From Blasia pusilla (Eukaryota), in NCBI GenBank assembly GCA_050084515.1, contig CM114271.1, positions 620,001 to 684,000 of the forward strand: a stretch of DNA of 64,000 bases. Reading direction: 5' to 3'. Below the pieces are notes generated by a model. That model saw only the letters and a list, made by a program, of their open reading frames with translations. It was not told the DNA's origin and ran no database searches. Positions within the stretch are counted from its first letter, which is position 1, and the number at the start of each line of letters is the position of its first letter. This document shows, in pieces, positions 61,560-64,000 of the stretch. Both the position numbers and the translations under genes were made by a program.

Positions 61560-64000
61560 ATGTGGGTAATTGTATCTTAGAGTCCAACTTCTATTCCTTT
61601 GTGCTAGCCCGCGAGGATTTCTCAAACTCGAGTTTTGTTGATGGAAGATTAGGGCTGAATGCTGAGTATTCATTTGGATGAGCATTCCATAGGTGAGCGA
61701 GTGGAGTTGTTAGACACTAATCGGTTCCAAGTGCTTCTAGATGCATTTTATCTACCTAGGAGAGCTTGGTTAGTAAGACCTAACCATCCAAATTGGAGTG
61801 CATTAGCTTGTCCTCAAGGTACAGCTTGAATTGTTCTTTTTCCCATGTCTGAAACATGATTAAATTACGGAATATGGCTATCCTCATATATAAAACTCTA
61901 GTATTTAGAGAGAGACAGAATCCCTCGTGAAAGGTACTAATGAGGTTTTTCGAGGGAATCCCATTTCCTGAAACATCCATCTTGGGTCGTTGCTTGTGGT
62001 TCTTAACTCAAACATTCTTCACATCTTGTGAACCTACGATTGATTAGGTAATCCCCAAGACAACTTGGAGGAGTCTCATGGCAAATTCTGCCCATCATGA
62101 CTTCCCTAAATTCACCTTGATATTTTTTTCCCATATTTTGCAATTCTCATGACTAATGCCAATCTTGTCTCTAGCCATATTGTGTCCAACCGTTGTCTTA
62201 TTGACCCTCATCTTTCAAAGTCTATCTCAACTACATCTAAGGTTCGTTGTCCATTCTAGTCTTAGGATTAGCTAGTCTAGGATTTGTGACTACTCTCATG
62301 GTATCTCGGCCATCTCGACTATTTCTAATGTCATGACTCTCATTACCAGACATGCACCAACATGAAAAAGTAGAATTCTTGTGGATTCACACAAGAACAT
62401 AAATATGTCAATTCCAATGCATCAAAGATGCAAGTGAACACAAAGCAAAAGTCCTACATCAAGCCTAGACCTAACCTAGGAATGATGGTTTGGGTTGAGC
62501 GCCACAAGGAGTCCCCCAAGATAAATTCTTCACATAATAGCATTAGTCTTCTCAGTATAGATATTCCTAATCTCCTTTATCTATTCATAATCAACTGGTA
62601 GATGACCAAGAGGTCAGTTGAAGTGACATAACATTCCCCCAAAGAGATTTTTAGTTCAACTCTCCCCTTAGACAGTCTGAGGCGGTCTCAACCCCAAGGT
62701 AGTGACATCCGCTACCTAGGGCATGGATGATCCATATTTGAGAGAGTATGCCTTGTGTGCCTTTAAAAAAGTATATGACTTGACTATCTCTCGAGTCCAA
62801 AATTCAAGGAAATTTTCTAACCCTTCATTGAAAAAACAAATTTCCTCCATTGAAATCCCAAACATAAATGTTTGGAATGTGTATGTGAAGGTGTCTGTTA
62901 GATGTGATGTCAATATCACGTGTCTAGGAGTCGCATGTGCAAAGTAGGCTTCGCGTGGCCTAGAAATCAAATTCTTAATTCAATTCTCTTGAATCTATGC
63001 TCATCCAATATAGTTTCGACTTCAAATTCTTCTTGGTCCTCAACTATGCCTTCTCCAAGATGGATCTTGATTGACCCCAAGTGTGTTTAGTTCACTCACA
63101 TGGAAAGCATCATGAACTCTCCTCATTTACAACAGAAACCTTCACTAGTATGATGTATCCTTAGCTCTTTCATTTACTTTGAAGAGTTCGGCATACCTTG
63201 GCATCATCTTACCAGAAAAACTTAAAGGTATCTTGTGGGGCGTTAGTCTTAGTTAGACACGATCCATAACTTCAAAGCTCACATCTCGCCTATGAACATC
63301 AGCTTGTCACTCATAGCGACATCGATCGTGCACGTTCTAATTGAGGACCTTGAAGCCTGTGTATAGTCCTACAACCACTTTGCCAAGAAGTCTTCCACGG
63401 CTTGCATAGTAATCCTCACTTAAGATATTCTTCGTTCTTCTAACCATGTTGGATTCTTTGGATTGAACCCAATCACCCAAAAAATATTTGGATCCTATCG
63501 TCAAATATATGAAGTTATTATACTTGAACTCTACGATGGAAAAGTGAGTTCCCTAATCCATTTGATCTATTGAAACATAATTTGTAGATAATCCTCGCAC
63601 GCTAAGTTTGCACATTTCGCTTGAACCACTGGCATGTTTGTGGAGATCTCCGGACATGTCTATTTCCGTGCAACCTTGGACTGAGGGTTTAGGGTTTATG
63701 GCATTATGTTCAAATGCATGGTTACCCAAACGTAGGAGCAAATCCGCTCCCAACATCTAAAACTTGGAGACAAATTTGGTATCTTGGTCGAAAACTAACT
63801 CACTTGGTAAGCCCCAATATCTAAGACATCCTTAAAGAAAATATGAGCCATTTCCAATACCTTAAACCGTGTTTCGAGTTGGAAGAAAAATACCCATCTT
63901 ATAAAATTGATCTATCACCATCATGATTGAATTCAATCCCTTTGTCTCACAAAAAAAGACAATGAAATCCATAGCAAAACTTTTATATGGTTCACGAGAA
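61560..64000 (-). mobile_element. Chromovirus (Ty3/gypsy) remnant: integrase core, GPY/F-like region, chromodomain and probable 3' LTR
   Basis: FAMDFI...NSIMMVIDQFYKM (~63890-63985), DQDTKFVSKF (~63760-63790), KMMPRYAELFK (~63180-63210), EEFEVETILD (~63000-63035), and a polypurine GGGGG tract before TGT at ~62625-62640. The left boundary is approximate. Confidence 0.75.

Overview
Eukaryotic nuclear DNA with GT-AG introns and plant-type genes, probably from a bryophyte-grade land plant (inference). Four host genes are supported: an organellar aspartyl-tRNA synthetase (minus strand, runs off the left edge), an MLLRSSSTP-type TPR protein, a secreted protein with potato-inhibitor-I (I13) domains, and an OCP3-like homeodomain protein. 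They are separated by two transposon nests (about 4-31 kb and 41-57.5 kb) containing Helitrons, hAT-type MITEs with 8-bp TSDs, a CACTA remnant and an RTEX-like LINE, and a chromovirus remnant fills the right end. The main result is a Ty3/gypsy-like retroelement family, present as two large copies and two short derivatives. It carries a DNMT3-like cytosine-5 methyltransferase directly after gag and protease, and a PHD finger at the end of the polyprotein. It makes 4-bp TSDs, and its two termini are different from each other rather than being direct-repeat LTRs. All copies here are decayed. Coordinates were read by eye and should be confirmed by alignment.
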